Positions 39,352 through 49,771 are shown, counted from the first letter of the stretch. The stretch is DNA of 64,000 nt from Candidatus Nanoarchaeia archaeon (GCA_035289905.1 DATDVT010000045.1:132-64131), one strand, 5' to 3'. Notes: a model not told the origin generated them from the sequence alone. Made by a program: numbers and translations.

Positions 39352-40217
39352 TTCTTCCTTGCAATTAATCTAATTTCATGCTGTAGGTTTAGAATATTAG
39401 AGAACAAGTATAAAAACCTAGCGAAAAACTTTATTATTTTATCCTGTTCAATATTTTCCAAAGGCATTTCACTTTTTTCTTTCCAAATTATTTTAAAACC
39501 ACCATCTTCTAAATATCTATTAATATATTTTAATTTAAAATGATAATTATGATGAATTGGATGTATTAATTTTATAAACCTTTTAAATCTTTTGAAACTT
39601 AATTTATAAGAAAAATCAGCTAACCACCCCATTAAACTATTATCATTAACCGTTAATATAAAAATAATTCCATCTTTTTTTAATAGTCTATTAACTTCTG
39701 CTAATAACTGTTTAGGATCAGGCGCATGCTCAATCAAATCCCACATAGTAATTATATCAAATGAATTGTCTTTTAAATTTAAATCCTCTAATTTACCACA
39801 TTCAACATTTAAATTAAACCAATTCTTAGCACATTTACAGGCATAAGAAGAAACATCAACTCCTTTTACATTAAAACCATTTTTTTTAGCCATATCTAAA
39901 AAAACACCGGTTGCTGAACCAACATCTAATAATATTCCGTTTTTTTTAATCTTTTTAATTCTATTCAAAACTCTTAAAAAATTTTGTAATTTTTTACTTT
40001 TATTTATACAATTTTTATAATCCCTACCACAATCAGCAAAAAAATTAGCATGAATGCTCTTAAAATAATCTATAGAATAAAGATCTTTTTTAATAATAGA
40101 ATCTTGATCTGTAAATAACAATCCACAACCAATACATTTTAATAATTTATAATCTTCAAAATTAGCATATACATAACTCTTTCCTCTACACAGATTACAA
40201 CTTTTCATTATATCCAT
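39348..40217 (-). CDS. Class I SAM-dependent methyltransferase with N-terminal Zn-binding CxxC pairs
   Basis: CNLC...CIGC, LLDVGSATG, FDIITMWDLIEH..DP. Confidence 0.88.
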   Translation of the reverse strand: MDIMKSCNLCRGKSYVYANFEDYKLLKCIGCGLLFTDQDSIIKKDLYSIDYFKSIHANFFADCGRDYKNCINKSKKLQNFLRVLNRIKKIKKNGILLDVGSATGVFLDMAKKNGFNVKGVDVSSYACKCAKNWFNLNVECGKLEDLNLKDNSFDIITMWDLIEHAPDPKQLLAEVNRLLKKDGIIFILTVNDNSLMGWLADFSYKLSFKRFKRFIKLIHPIHHNYHFKLKYINRYLEDGGFKIIWKEKSEMPLENIEQDKIIKFFARFLYLFSNILNLQHEIRLIARKK

Positions 40218-40307
40218 TTTAAATATTACAATTCGTTCAATTTAATTCATAATTTTTAAAAATTGATTAGCCAATTCCATTATAAATAATTTATAAACAT
40301 TTAGTTT

Positions 40308-41804
40308 TTAAAAAATAGGCTTCTCATACAAACAAGCCCTTTCCCTTTGGACTATAAATTTAAAATCACATTCTAGTAAAAAATCACAATCCTTTCCATA
40401 ACTAAATACTTGATCTATATCTAATTTATCCAAACCTTTTAAAAAACCATCACAATTTCTATTAAAAAAAGAATCTGTTAATACGTCTAATTTCTTTAAA
40501 TGCTCTGAATTGACCATAATCCAAGCCCACCCCCCTGCACTAATTGCATTATAATAAATAGAGCCATATGATACCATAGCACTAGTAAATAATCTTTCTG
40601 GTGGAAAAGAGCCCATAGTTATATAAGGTTTATCTATAAACTCAAAAATCTCTAAAACAGAGCTTTCATTCATAGTAGGAACGACAAAGAAAGGAGTATG
40701 CCACAAACTAATTAAAATAAAAAGAAGAGGTATAACTACTAAAGAAATATTCCAAGCGATCCTAAGCCATTTATTAGACAGTTTAATACTAAAATAAAAA
40801 AATAAAACAAAAAACATCAAAAACTGTAAAACAGGATCAGGATATAAATGTTTAAACAAAGGGATATATGGAATTAATCTAAATAGATATAATAGAGTGA
40901 ATAATAAAACTGGGAAAAAAAATAAAAATTCATTCCATTTAACTTTTTTATCTTTAAAAATATAAATAAAAAATAAAAATAAAAAAACCAAACAAAAAAT
41001 TAACCCTAAAATATTTGACCATTTAAATCCTCCATAAAAACGGAATAACCAATTAGAAAAAATAAAATCGTCAACAACCAATTCTCTAGAACGAACAATA
41101 AATGTATATAACCAAGGTAAAGATAAAACAATACCTAATAAAGAAGTTAAACCAATATAAATCCAATCTTTTAAGTTTCTTTTAACTAATAATCCTAAAA
41201 TAACTAGACTAGCAAGAATAGTCTCGGCAGAATGTGTAACAATTAATAGGGCAAATACAGGTGCAACCAATAAAAATCTTTTATCTAATTCCCTATTTCT
41301 ATAATAAAACACTATCAAAATCAAAATCAATAAAAATATCCAACCTAACATTTGAGGCAATCTCATTTGTCTTATGTAATCCCCAACAGCCATAGGACTT
41401 ACAAAGAAAAAGAAAAAGAAAATTATAGATTTTAATTTAGAAAACCCATTTAATCTACAAAAATAATAACAAATTATAAACCCTAAAAGAAACATTACAA
41501 TTAGTGTCACAAATGCAGTAATCTTTACATCACCAAATATCTTAAAAAAAGGATATGCAAAAAATATCCATCCAGGAGCATAAACATCAAAGGTTATAAT
41601 ACCCGGAGGATAGTACCAATCTAAAATATGAGTATGATAACCATATTTAGCAAAAAAATGCAACATGTTCATATAACTAGAAATATCATTAATATGATCT
41701 AAAGGAAAAATATAAATTATTTTAGATTGATCTACTAATCTAAAGATTAAATAACCAAATAATAAGATAATAGGTACATAATACAAAATCTTCTTTTTAA
41801 CCAT
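40308..41804 (-). CDS. Multi-TM membrane protein, probable GT-C (YfhO/PTPS-related) glycosyltransferase
   Basis: About 12 TM segments; luminal ND...Y...L, W...G...F..YAP, TH motif; soluble C-terminal domain. Confidence 0.6.
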   Translation of the reverse strand: MVKKKILYYVPIILLFGYLIFRLVDQSKIIYIFPLDHINDISSYMNMLHFFAKYGYHTHILDWYYPPGIITFDVYAPGWIFFAYPFFKIFGDVKITAFVTLIVMFLLGFIICYYFCRLNGFSKLKSIIFFFFFFVSPMAVGDYIRQMRLPQMLGWIFLLILILIVFYYRNRELDKRFLLVAPVFALLIVTHSAETILASLVILGLLVKRNLKDWIYIGLTSLLGIVLSLPWLYTFIVRSRELVVDDFIFSNWLFRFYGGFKWSNILGLIFCLVFLFLFFIYIFKDKKVKWNEFLFFFPVLLFTLLYLFRLIPYIPLFKHLYPDPVLQFLMFFVLFFYFSIKLSNKWLRIAWNISLVVIPLLFILISLWHTPFFVVPTMNESSVLEIFEFIDKPYITMGSFPPERLFTSAMVSYGSIYYNAISAGGWAWIMVNSEHLKKLDVLTDSFFNRNCDGFLKGLDKLDIDQVFSYGKDCDFLLECDFKFIVQRERACLYEKPIF

Positions 41805-41859
41805 AATTAGATTGCTAACAAACAATTTATTAATTTGCGCATTTTATAAAATATAGATT

Positions 41860-42795
41860 TTATGATTTAAAATCTTTCCATTTTAAACTAATAAAAAAAC
41901 CAGCTAAAGATGGGATAATTAATACTAAAAACATAGACAAAACAGAGAAAGCAACAACATCAGAAAAAGGTACACCAAACTTTCCAAATAAAAAACCCAT
42001 AGTTAATTCTCTAGTTCCTAATCCATTAATAGTTATTGGGATCATACTTATAAAGGTGACAATTGGGATAATTGACAAAAATGCAAAAAAAGAAATTTTA
42101 AACCCAAAAGATAATGCAACAATATATGCAAAGATATAATCTCCTAACCAATATAATAAAACAATAAAAAAAGAGTTGTAACATTTTCTAATTGGTGGTA
42201 AACTTTCATAAAAACTATCAAAAATTTCTTTTAATTTCTCTTTATATTTTTTAGGTGTAAACATTTCATAGAATAGCCGACAAACCTTAATACTTCTTTT
42301 TTTACTATAAAAAAACCAAAAAGCAATCAAAAAACAAATTAAAAATATAATTAAATAAATTAAAAAATTATTAACAATATTCGCAACAAAAAAAATGGAA
42401 AAAAAAGCTAATCCTAAAATTGCTAAAACATCAAAAACCCTTTCTAAAAAAAAACTTGAAGTACACTTACCTAAATTTTCTTTACAATAATCCTTCAAAT
42501 ATACAGATCTTATAATGGCCCCCCCCCTAGAAGGAGTAATAGAACCATAATATATGCCTATCAAGCTTATTAAAAATAGTCTAAAAAAAGGTACTTTAAA
42601 TCCTTGCAATTTTAAGATTACAAACCATTTATAAGTATAAAGCATTAATAAAGGAACAACCATTAAAACAGCAATTAAAAAATAGAATAAATTTATTTTT
42701 TTAAAACTACTTGTTAAATCAGTCCAACCTATATGCCATAATATATATACAAAAATGATAACTCCAATTAAAGATAACCATTTTTTATAATCCAT
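41860..42795 (-). CDS. Lysylphosphatidylglycerol-synthase-TM / AglD2-type flippase-like membrane protein
   Basis: TPSRGG, ERVFD, PITINGLGTRE; paralog of 14469..15380. Confidence 0.8.
   Translation of the reverse strand: MDYKKWLSLIGVIIFVYILWHIGWTDLTSSFKKINLFYFLIAVLMVVPLLMLYTYKWFVILKLQGFKVPFFRLFLISLIGIYYGSITPSRGGAIIRSVYLKDYCKENLGKCTSSFFLERVFDVLAILGLAFFSIFFVANIVNNFLIYLIIFLICFLIAFWFFYSKKRSIKVCRLFYEMFTPKKYKEKLKEIFDSFYESLPPIRKCYNSFFIVLLYWLGDYIFAYIVALSFGFKISFFAFLSIIPIVTFISMIPITINGLGTRELTMGFLFGKFGVPFSDVVAFSVLSMFLVLIIPSLAGFFISLKWKDFKS
42519..42527 (-). repeat. G9 homopolymer in the coding strand of the flippase-like gene
   Basis: C9 on the plus strand; coding TCT AGG GGG GGG GCC (SRGGA), currently in frame. 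Confidence 0.8.
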
Positions 42796-42846
42796 TATCT
42801 AAAAAACTATAAAACAATATATAAAACTTATTATTTAAAAAAAATA

Positions 42847-43572
42847 ATGAAAAAATTGTGGTTAACGTTTGATATAGAAGAATTTGATTTACTTAAGAGG
42901 TATAACAATAAAGAATCTATCTATGAGATCTCAAAAAATGGTACGATTAACATATTAAATCTTTTAAAAGAAACAAACATTCAAGCAACTTTCTTTGTTA
43001 CTTTATCTTTTGCAAAAAAATATCCAGAATTAATACTTAAAATAAAAGAGGATGGTCATGAAATTGGGTCACACGGATACCAACATTCACATGACTATTC
43101 TAAATTAAAAAATCCTATAAAATATTTAAAAATTGCGAGAGAAGAATTAGAAAAAATAACAAAAACAAGAATAATAGGATTTAGAGCCCCAAATTTAAAA
43201 GCCCCAAAGTACAGTATTATTAAAAAAGCTGGCTTTGAATATTCATCTAATCTCCACCCTACATTTATTCCTGGATATTATAATAATTTAACAAAACCAA
43301 CGAAACCATTTATAAAAAACGGAATAAAAGAATACCCAATTACAGTATTCCCTTATCTAAGATTACCTTTATTTTGGATTGCATTTAGATTTCTTCCATT
43401 AATTTACTTTAACCTAGCATATAGACTAAATAAGAATTACTTCATGCTTTATTTTCATCCGTGGGAATTTATTAATTTAAATAAAATAAAACAACTTCCA
43501 TTTACTATAAGATATAATACAGGGAAAAAATTAATTTTTAAATTAAAAAAATTCATTACTGAAAATCCTTAA
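42847..43572 (+). CDS. Polysaccharide deacetylase (CE4, DUF3473-like)
   Basis: TFDIEE, ATFFV, GHEIGSHGYQH, GFRAP, YFHPWE. Confidence 0.88.
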   Translation: MKKLWLTFDIEEFDLLKRYNNKESIYEISKNGTINILNLLKETNIQATFFVTLSFAKKYPELILKIKEDGHEIGSHGYQHSHDYSKLKNPIKYLKIAREELEKITKTRIIGFRAPNLKAPKYSIIKKAGFEYSSNLHPTFIPGYYNNLTKPTKPFIKNGIKEYPITVFPYLRLPLFWIAFRFLPLIYFNLAYRLNKNYFMLYFHPWEFINLNKIKQLPFTIRYNTGKKLIFKLKKFITENP

Positions 43573-45013
43573 TATGCCCTAATACAGCTTTAACTCCCCT
43601 TAAAGTATATTTAACATCATCGAAACTTCTTATTTTATATAAATGTCTTAGAATATATTTTGGATTCCAAAATATTTTTGTATAAATCATATGACATATT
43701 CCTAATACCTCTTCATTGCTCATATCTATAGTTTTCAAAACAGTCTCTCTCATATCATATCTTTCATAAAATTTAGAATCAAATCTAAACCAACCCCTTT
43801 CTAAAGCTTCTTTATGCAATGGCGTTCCAGGATAAGGTATAACAACAGTCGATTGTAAAATATCTGCATCTCCTCTAAGCATTAATTCTTTAGCTAATTT
43901 CAATGTATTCATAGCATCTACTCTACTTTCCCAAGGATAGCCTATTATCATAGTCAAATGAACAATTAAATTATATTTCTTAATTAATTTACACCCTCTA
44001 ACAATTTGTTCTATTTTAATACCTTTATTTATTCTATCTAAAGTGTCTTGATTGCCACTCTCCAAACCCAATTTCAATAACCTAAAACCTGCTTTTTTCA
44101 TTAATCTTAATTTTTCATCTGATAAAAAATCAAACCTCATATTGCAACTGAATCTTATTTTTTTGCTATACCCCCTATCAATCATACCTCTACAGAATTC
44201 TTCTAACCATTCTCCGCCAGGAAAAGTTCCGCTATCATCAAAGATCTCCTTAATAAAATATTTTTCTATTAGTACACCTATTTCATCTAATACATTATTA
44301 ACACTTCTAGCTCTAAATTTAGGAAATAAAACAGGCCAAGCGCAAAACTTACACTTCCCGTAGGGACAATCTCTTCCAGCCATGATGTACATAAAGGGTC
44401 TTGCAGGGATATTATATTCAATATTATATGAAGAACATCTAGTTAATTCTCTATCAATAAAAGGTAAACTATCTAAATCATTTTTATTAAGATTCAAAGG
44501 TCCAGAATTTTTTACTTTATTTTCATCCTTAAAATAAATTCCACTCTTTAAATAATCTATTTTACCTAAAATATAATCACAAATACTTAATAAAGAAAAA
44601 TCATAATCTCCCCCTGTAATAACATAATCAACTAAAGAGTTATCAAAAGATTCTTCAGGTAAAGCAGTAACATGATCTCCCATTAAAACAACTTTAATAT
44701 AAGGATTAATTTCTTTTAATTTATTAATCCAATTCCAATGTAATTTAACCACTGGAGTTTTAGTTTCTAAAGCAATCAAATCTACTTTTTCTTTAATAAA
44801 AAATTCTAAAAACTCTTCTTCAGATAAACCCTCAACAATTGCATCCTTCCAAATAACTTCATAACCTTTAGAATCTAATAAAGTAGCTGCTGACGCTGGA
44901 ATTATCGGAAATATGTAAGTAGGATTATTAAACCATTGAAACTGACGATTCTGAGTTAATAAAGGAACACCTTTATTACTCTTTAATGGGGGATAAGCAA
45001 TCATTATTTTCAT
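43556..45013 (-). CDS. Cobalamin-binding radical SAM protein (CX4CX2C variant)
   Basis: MGDHVTALP, GGDYD, GRDCPYGKCKFC, FDDSGTF, GLESG, IGYPWE, IPYPGT. Confidence 0.88.
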   Translation of the reverse strand: MKIMIAYPPLKSNKGVPLLTQNRQFQWFNNPTYIFPIIPASAATLLDSKGYEVIWKDAIVEGLSEEEFLEFFIKEKVDLIALETKTPVVKLHWNWINKLKEINPYIKVVLMGDHVTALPEESFDNSLVDYVITGGDYDFSLLSICDYILGKIDYLKSGIYFKDENKVKNSGPLNLNKNDLDSLPFIDRELTRCSSYNIEYNIPARPFMYIMAGRDCPYGKCKFCAWPVLFPKFRARSVNNVLDEIGVLIEKYFIKEIFDDSGTFPGGEWLEEFCRGMIDRGYSKKIRFSCNMRFDFLSDEKLRLMKKAGFRLLKLGLESGNQDTLDRINKGIKIEQIVRGCKLIKKYNLIVHLTMIIGYPWESRVDAMNTLKLAKELMLRGDADILQSTVVIPYPGTPLHKEALERGWFRFDSKFYERYDMRETVLKTIDMSNEEVLGICHMIYTKIFWNPKYILRHLYKIRSFDDVKYTLRGVKAVLGHIKDFQ

Positions 45014-46232
45014 TTTTTAACCTCATAGTATAAATAAATAAAATAACAAACAAGATACTTATTAAAATTACTAAATTTGAAATAACATTTTTTAAACTAT
45101 TATGTCTAAAATAAATCAAAAAAATCTCCAAAATATTAAATAAAAATAAAATAAAAAGGATTTTTGACTTATTCATAATAACTAAAAAATAGCCCAAGGC
45201 TAATAATAAAGCATTAAATGAGATAAAAATACAATATAAACCCAATAAATTTGCAATTGGTAGAAAAGTAGATCCATAAAACAAAGTTAAAATTAAATTA
45301 GGAAATAAAAAATAAAAAATAAGTACAGGTAATAAAAAAATCAAAATCATTCCTAAAGATTTAAGCAATAATAACTTAGCTTCTTTAACTGGCTTTAGAG
45401 AGAGCTTAGGAATCATTACTTGGCTTATAGAAAGAGATCCTGCTAAAATAATTTTTCCTAGAACTGTTAAAGCAATATAATAGCCTGCTTCTTCTAAGCT
45501 AAAATAATGTTTAATCATAAAAACATCTAGTGTATAAAAAGCAGTCAAAGAAAATAGCATAAAAACAAAAGAAAAAGAATCAAAAACTGAAAAATTTATA
45601 GAATTTGAATAGCCTTTTTTAAATAATTTATTAAGAATTAAAATCCCTAAAATAATTGGTAAAAGATTAGATAAAAAAACTGCAAAAACTGCACCAAAAA
45701 CATTAAATCCTAAAAAAAAGAAAATAACTACTGAAAAAAGTTTAATAAAACCTTCAAAAATATAATTTAAACCTAAATATTTAAACCATTGTAAACCCTG
45801 AAGAATTCCTCTTACTAACGCTAATAGAAAAAGAACTATGAAGAATAAACCCATAAGATAAATATAAAAAATATGGATATTCAAATAATCAGCAATCAAT
45901 CCTGAAAACAACAAAAAAATAACCATCAAAAAAAAACCATATAGGATAAATCTTTTTAAAAAAAATTTAAATAAAAGATTAATTGCTTTATAATTTTTAG
46001 AAATACTTAATTCTGAGACTTGTTTAGCAATATTATTTTGTAATGCATAATAAAATATAGCCAATAAAGTCAAGATACTTAACAAAGAACCAAGTAAGCC
46101 GTAATTTGCAGGGCCTAACCAACGCCCGACTAAAAAATGATATAAAAATCCTAAAAAATTTCCTAGATTAAAAGCAAAAAATAATATTAAATTATCTAAA
46201 ATTAATTGATTAGATAATAATTTTTTAAACAA
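44976..46232 (-). CDS. Oligosaccharide flippase (Wzx/MOP superfamily)
   Basis: About 12 TMs; GRWLGPANYG, RGILQGLQ.F, DVFMIKHYF...AGYY. Confidence 0.85.
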   Translation of the reverse strand: MFKKLLSNQLILDNLILFFAFNLGNFLGFLYHFLVGRWLGPANYGLLGSLLSILTLLAIFYYALQNNIAKQVSELSISKNYKAINLLFKFFLKRFILYGFFLMVIFLLFSGLIADYLNIHIFYIYLMGLFFIVLFLLALVRGILQGLQWFKYLGLNYIFEGFIKLFSVVIFFFLGFNVFGAVFAVFLSNLLPIILGILILNKLFKKGYSNSINFSVFDSFSFVFMLFSLTAFYTLDVFMIKHYFSLEEAGYYIALTVLGKIILAGSLSISQVMIPKLSLKPVKEAKLLLLKSLGMILIFLLPVLIFYFLFPNLILTLFYGSTFLPIANLLGLYCIFISFNALLLALGYFLVIMNKSKILFILFLFNILEIFLIYFRHNSLKNVISNLVILISILFVILFIYTMRLKNENNDCLSPIKE

Positions 46233-47228
46233 TCAAATCACCCATATTAACAAAGCAAAAAATAATTCAATTAAAATAAAAAACCGCATTATTTGTTTTT
46301 CAGTATATTCTCCTTTATTCGTAAATATATGCATTAAAGAATATATTTTATTATAGTCTGTTTTAATTCTACCATTAACCCACCTTCCATAACACTGAGC
46401 TTTAAAATTACTTCTTAACTTTAGAATAAATTCTAAGATGAATGGTATTGACACAATAATAGCTGCTTTTTCAAGATTTCCAACAATAGCAATCACTGCT
46501 AAACCCCCACCCATAAAATAAGTTAAAGAGTCTCCTGGGAAGATTTTTGCAGGATATTTATTATACAAAAAAAAACCCAATAAAGCTGAAAACATCATTA
46601 AACTAATTAAAGCAGCAATATAACTTTGATTAACAAATGCAAATAAACCTAAAGAGCCGATGTAAATAATTCCCATACCGACTTCTAAACCATTAATTCC
46701 TCCTAGCAAATTAACCATATTAGAAGCACCAACAACGCCAATAGGAACAAATAATAAAGGATATAATATCCCAAAATTAAATCTACCTAAAAAAGGAACC
46801 CATACTACTTCTTGTCCAGCGCTTATAACAATTAAAGGAATTGCAGCAAATAAGGTCAATAATGGCTTTTGCCATTGGGTTAAACCATAACTTCTATCTT
46901 TTTCTTTATTGATTATCAAATCATCAAAAAACCCTACAAAAGTAATTATAATAATAGATAACAAAGAAGCAAATAATACAATAAGATTCTCTTTTGTTAA
47001 GATTATAGTCTGAAGAAGAAAAGTTCTAAAAAAAATAAATATAAAAACACCAACCAACATACCAACTACAACAATTAAGCCTCCAGATTGTGGAACTAAA
47101 GGTTTATCTTTCTTATTCTGATCTTTAACAACTAAATTAAGTTTCTTTAAATAAATAATTAACTTAGGTGTACCTAAATAAACTATTAGAAAACTCATTA
47201 TTGCACAAAAAAGATTAAAATAATTCAT
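46233..47228 (-). CDS. aglH: UDP-GlcNAc:dolichyl-phosphate GlcNAc-1-phosphate transferase (MraY/Alg7 family)
   Basis: PQSGG, GFFDD, SNMVNLLGGINGLE, NKYPAKIFPGDS. Confidence 0.85.
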   Translation of the reverse strand: MNYFNLFCAIMSFLIVYLGTPKLIIYLKKLNLVVKDQNKKDKPLVPQSGGLIVVVGMLVGVFIFIFFRTFLLQTIILTKENLIVLFASLLSIIIITFVGFFDDLIINKEKDRSYGLTQWQKPLLTLFAAIPLIVISAGQEVVWVPFLGRFNFGILYPLLFVPIGVVGASNMVNLLGGINGLEVGMGIIYIGSLGLFAFVNQSYIAALISLMMFSALLGFFLYNKYPAKIFPGDSLTYFMGGGLAVIAIVGNLEKAAIIVSIPFILEFILKLRSNFKAQCYGRWVNGRIKTDYNKIYSLMHIFTNKGEYTEKQIMRFFILIELFFALLIWVI

Positions 47229-47348
47229 ATTGTAAAAATAAAAAAAAGAATTATAAAGCTTTCTAGTTCTAAAAATAGAATTTATAATTAATGTAAAGCA
47301 TAAATAGAAATCAGAGTTACTAAATCATTAAAAAATATTTAATATATT

Positions 47349-48503
47349 TTATTTGGAGATTTTCTTTTTTTCACTTTCATAGATTTTCAATGTTTCTTCA
47401 GCAATCTTATCCCAAGTATAGTCTTTCACTTTTTTAATATTGCTTTTAGAAAATTTCTTAGATAGATCAGAATCATCTAATACCTCTAAAATTCTTTTCT
47501 TCTGTTCTTCTAAGTCACCATATCTTACTAAATATCCATTTACTCCATCTTTCACTTCATATGGAACCCCATTACAAGGTGTAGCAATTATAGGCAATCC
47601 AGAAGCCATAGCCTCAAAAAGTGTCAAAGGTAGTCCTTCCCTATAAGACGGTAAAACATACAAATTAGAGGCCTGATACATCTCGTTTATTCTTTCGTGA
47701 GGCCAAGTTCCAAGAACATGAATCATTGGATGATTATCAACAATTCTTTTAACTTCATCCATCAAACCTTCATCAGGGCCAACAATAGCAAATTCAATAT
47801 CATTCCTTTCCTTTAAAATCATTTTTGCTAGTTTAGCAAAGTGATCAGGCGCTTTTGTTGGATTTAACCTACCAAAAAACAAGACTAGTTTATTATTCGG
47901 ATCTTTCATAATCTCTTTTCTAAAAGAATTACTCTTCACCTTTTTAAATAAACTAGCATCCATGCCATTATGCAAAACAGTAATTTTACTTTCATTAACC
48001 CACTTTTTAAGAATAGGGACCTCCCAAGGAGTAATAGCAATAATCCTATTACATAAATTAAAACTTAAATAATTAAAAAAGTTGTCAGTAAAAAATAAAG
48101 CAAACCTAACTGGCCAAGGTCTAAATTTATCAGTCCATGGACAATGTGTTGTATGAATATGTGGCTTGCCTTTTAATTTTGCTATCAAACCTGTAAATAA
48201 AATATAATCGTGTGCACCAACATGTGAATGAACAATATCAAATTTATATTTTAATAACATCCAAATCACACCTGGAAAAATATGTGTATTCAAAGAAAGC
48301 CTCAACCAATACCTAGCTCTATGGACCCTAATATCATCAATAACTTCATATTTTTTCTTTATTCTTTCATGCTTATCCCCATCACAACAAAAAACATCAA
48401 CTTGGTGACCTTGTTGGACATATCTAGTAGCTAATTTTTCTATAACCTTTTCAACTCCCCCTATAGTGGGTTTATAAAACATACTAACCATAGCGATTCT
48501 CAT
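47349..48503 (-). CDS. Glycosyltransferase family 4 (GT-B)
   Basis: PTIGGVE, VHSH, FFGRLNPTK, PSYREGLPLTLFEAMASGLP. Confidence 0.92.
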   Translation of the reverse strand: MRIAMVSMFYKPTIGGVEKVIEKLATRYVQQGHQVDVFCCDGDKHERIKKKYEVIDDIRVHRARYWLRLSLNTHIFPGVIWMLLKYKFDIVHSHVGAHDYILFTGLIAKLKGKPHIHTTHCPWTDKFRPWPVRFALFFTDNFFNYLSFNLCNRIIAITPWEVPILKKWVNESKITVLHNGMDASLFKKVKSNSFRKEIMKDPNNKLVLFFGRLNPTKAPDHFAKLAKMILKERNDIEFAIVGPDEGLMDEVKRIVDNHPMIHVLGTWPHERINEMYQASNLYVLPSYREGLPLTLFEAMASGLPIIATPCNGVPYEVKDGVNGYLVRYGDLEEQKKRILEVLDDSDLSKKFSKSNIKKVKDYTWDKIAEETLKIYESEKKKISK

Positions 48504-48580
48504 AAAAAAAAGAAAAGAAAAAAGAATATAAATATTACTTATTAAAAAGATATTTAAAGGAAAAAAGATATACTAAAAAA

Positions 48581-49771
48581 ATGAACATATTATTTACAAA
48601 CTCAAAGGGCTTAGGATATGGTGGTGCTGAAGTAAGTATTTCTCAATATGTTATAGAATTAAGAAATAGGGGCCACAATATAATTATTGCAGCATCTCAA
48701 GAATTTCCAGATATTAATACTGAAAAAATAAAATTTGTTGAAAAATGGCCTTATTATATAAAAAATTTCTATCTGAAAAGAAAATTTAAAGAGTTAATCA
48801 AAAAATATTCAATTGATTTAGTTAGTCCACAGGATCATACAACAACAGAAGCTGCAATCTTAGCTGCAAAACATTTTTCTTTACCAACGGTAGTACATAT
48901 AAGAGATTTTTGGTTTGCGTGCCCAAAAAGCACGTGTTTAAAACCGAATGCAACAGAATGTGAACATTGTAGTTGGAAAAACTTAAAATCTTGTTCAAAA
49001 AATTTAAGATATATTATTGACCTATATAAATGGATTCATTTAAAAAAAATTGCAAAATTAATAGACTCTGCAGATGTAAAGGTCTGTGTTAGTTCGACAG
49101 TAAAAAATAAATTAGCAAAATGTGGTATTAAATCTAATGTTATTATAAATCCTGGGGCAAGAATTTTAGAAAAATTTGAAAATATTCATGGAATAGATGA
49201 ATTCAAAAAAAAATATAATTTAAATAAAATAGTTGTGACATTTATCGGTAGTTTTTTTTACACAAAAGGAATCTTACAAATTTTTAAATTTATGCCTGAG
49301 ATTCTTAGAAAAAATCAAAATGTATCTTTGTTATTGGTGGGAGATGGACCTCTCTATAATAAAGTTTTAGAAATAATAAAAAAAGAGAAATTAGACAATC
49401 GAATAGTATTAACAGGAAGACTACCCTTTAAAAGAATTCCATTGTGTTATAGTGCATCTGATATTCTTATTGCACCCCATCTTTGGTCTGCTCCATTGGA
49501 TGCTACAATTATAGAAGCTTCAGCTGCCTCAAAGCCATTTATTATTAGCAGTAGGGGGGGTACTTCTGATTTTATTGAGAGATATAACTATATATTACCA
49601 CCAGAAGAAATTGATCTCTGGAAAGAAAAAATTAATTTTTTAATTGAAAACCCTGAGGAAAGAAAAAAAATAGGACAAAACTTAAGAATAAAAGTAGAAG
49701 AAATGTCAATGAAATCATATGTAGATAGAATAGAAAAAATTTACTCTAAGGTTTTTGATAAAATTCTTTAA
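48581..49771 (+). CDS. Glycosyltransferase family 4 (GT-B) with a Cys-rich insertion
   Basis: GGAE, HIRDFWFACP..C...C..C, IGSFFYTKG, VGDGP, IEASAASKP. Confidence 0.88.
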   Translation: MNILFTNSKGLGYGGAEVSISQYVIELRNRGHNIIIAASQEFPDINTEKIKFVEKWPYYIKNFYLKRKFKELIKKYSIDLVSPQDHTTTEAAILAAKHFSLPTVVHIRDFWFACPKSTCLKPNATECEHCSWKNLKSCSKNLRYIIDLYKWIHLKKIAKLIDSADVKVCVSSTVKNKLAKCGIKSNVIINPGARILEKFENIHGIDEFKKKYNLNKIVVTFIGSFFYTKGILQIFKFMPEILRKNQNVSLLLVGDGPLYNKVLEIIKKEKLDNRIVLTGRLPFKRIPLCYSASDILIAPHLWSAPLDATIIEASAASKPFIISSRGGTSDFIERYNYILPPEEIDLWKEKINFLIENPEERKKIGQNLRIKVEEMSMKSYVDRIEKIYSKVFDKIL

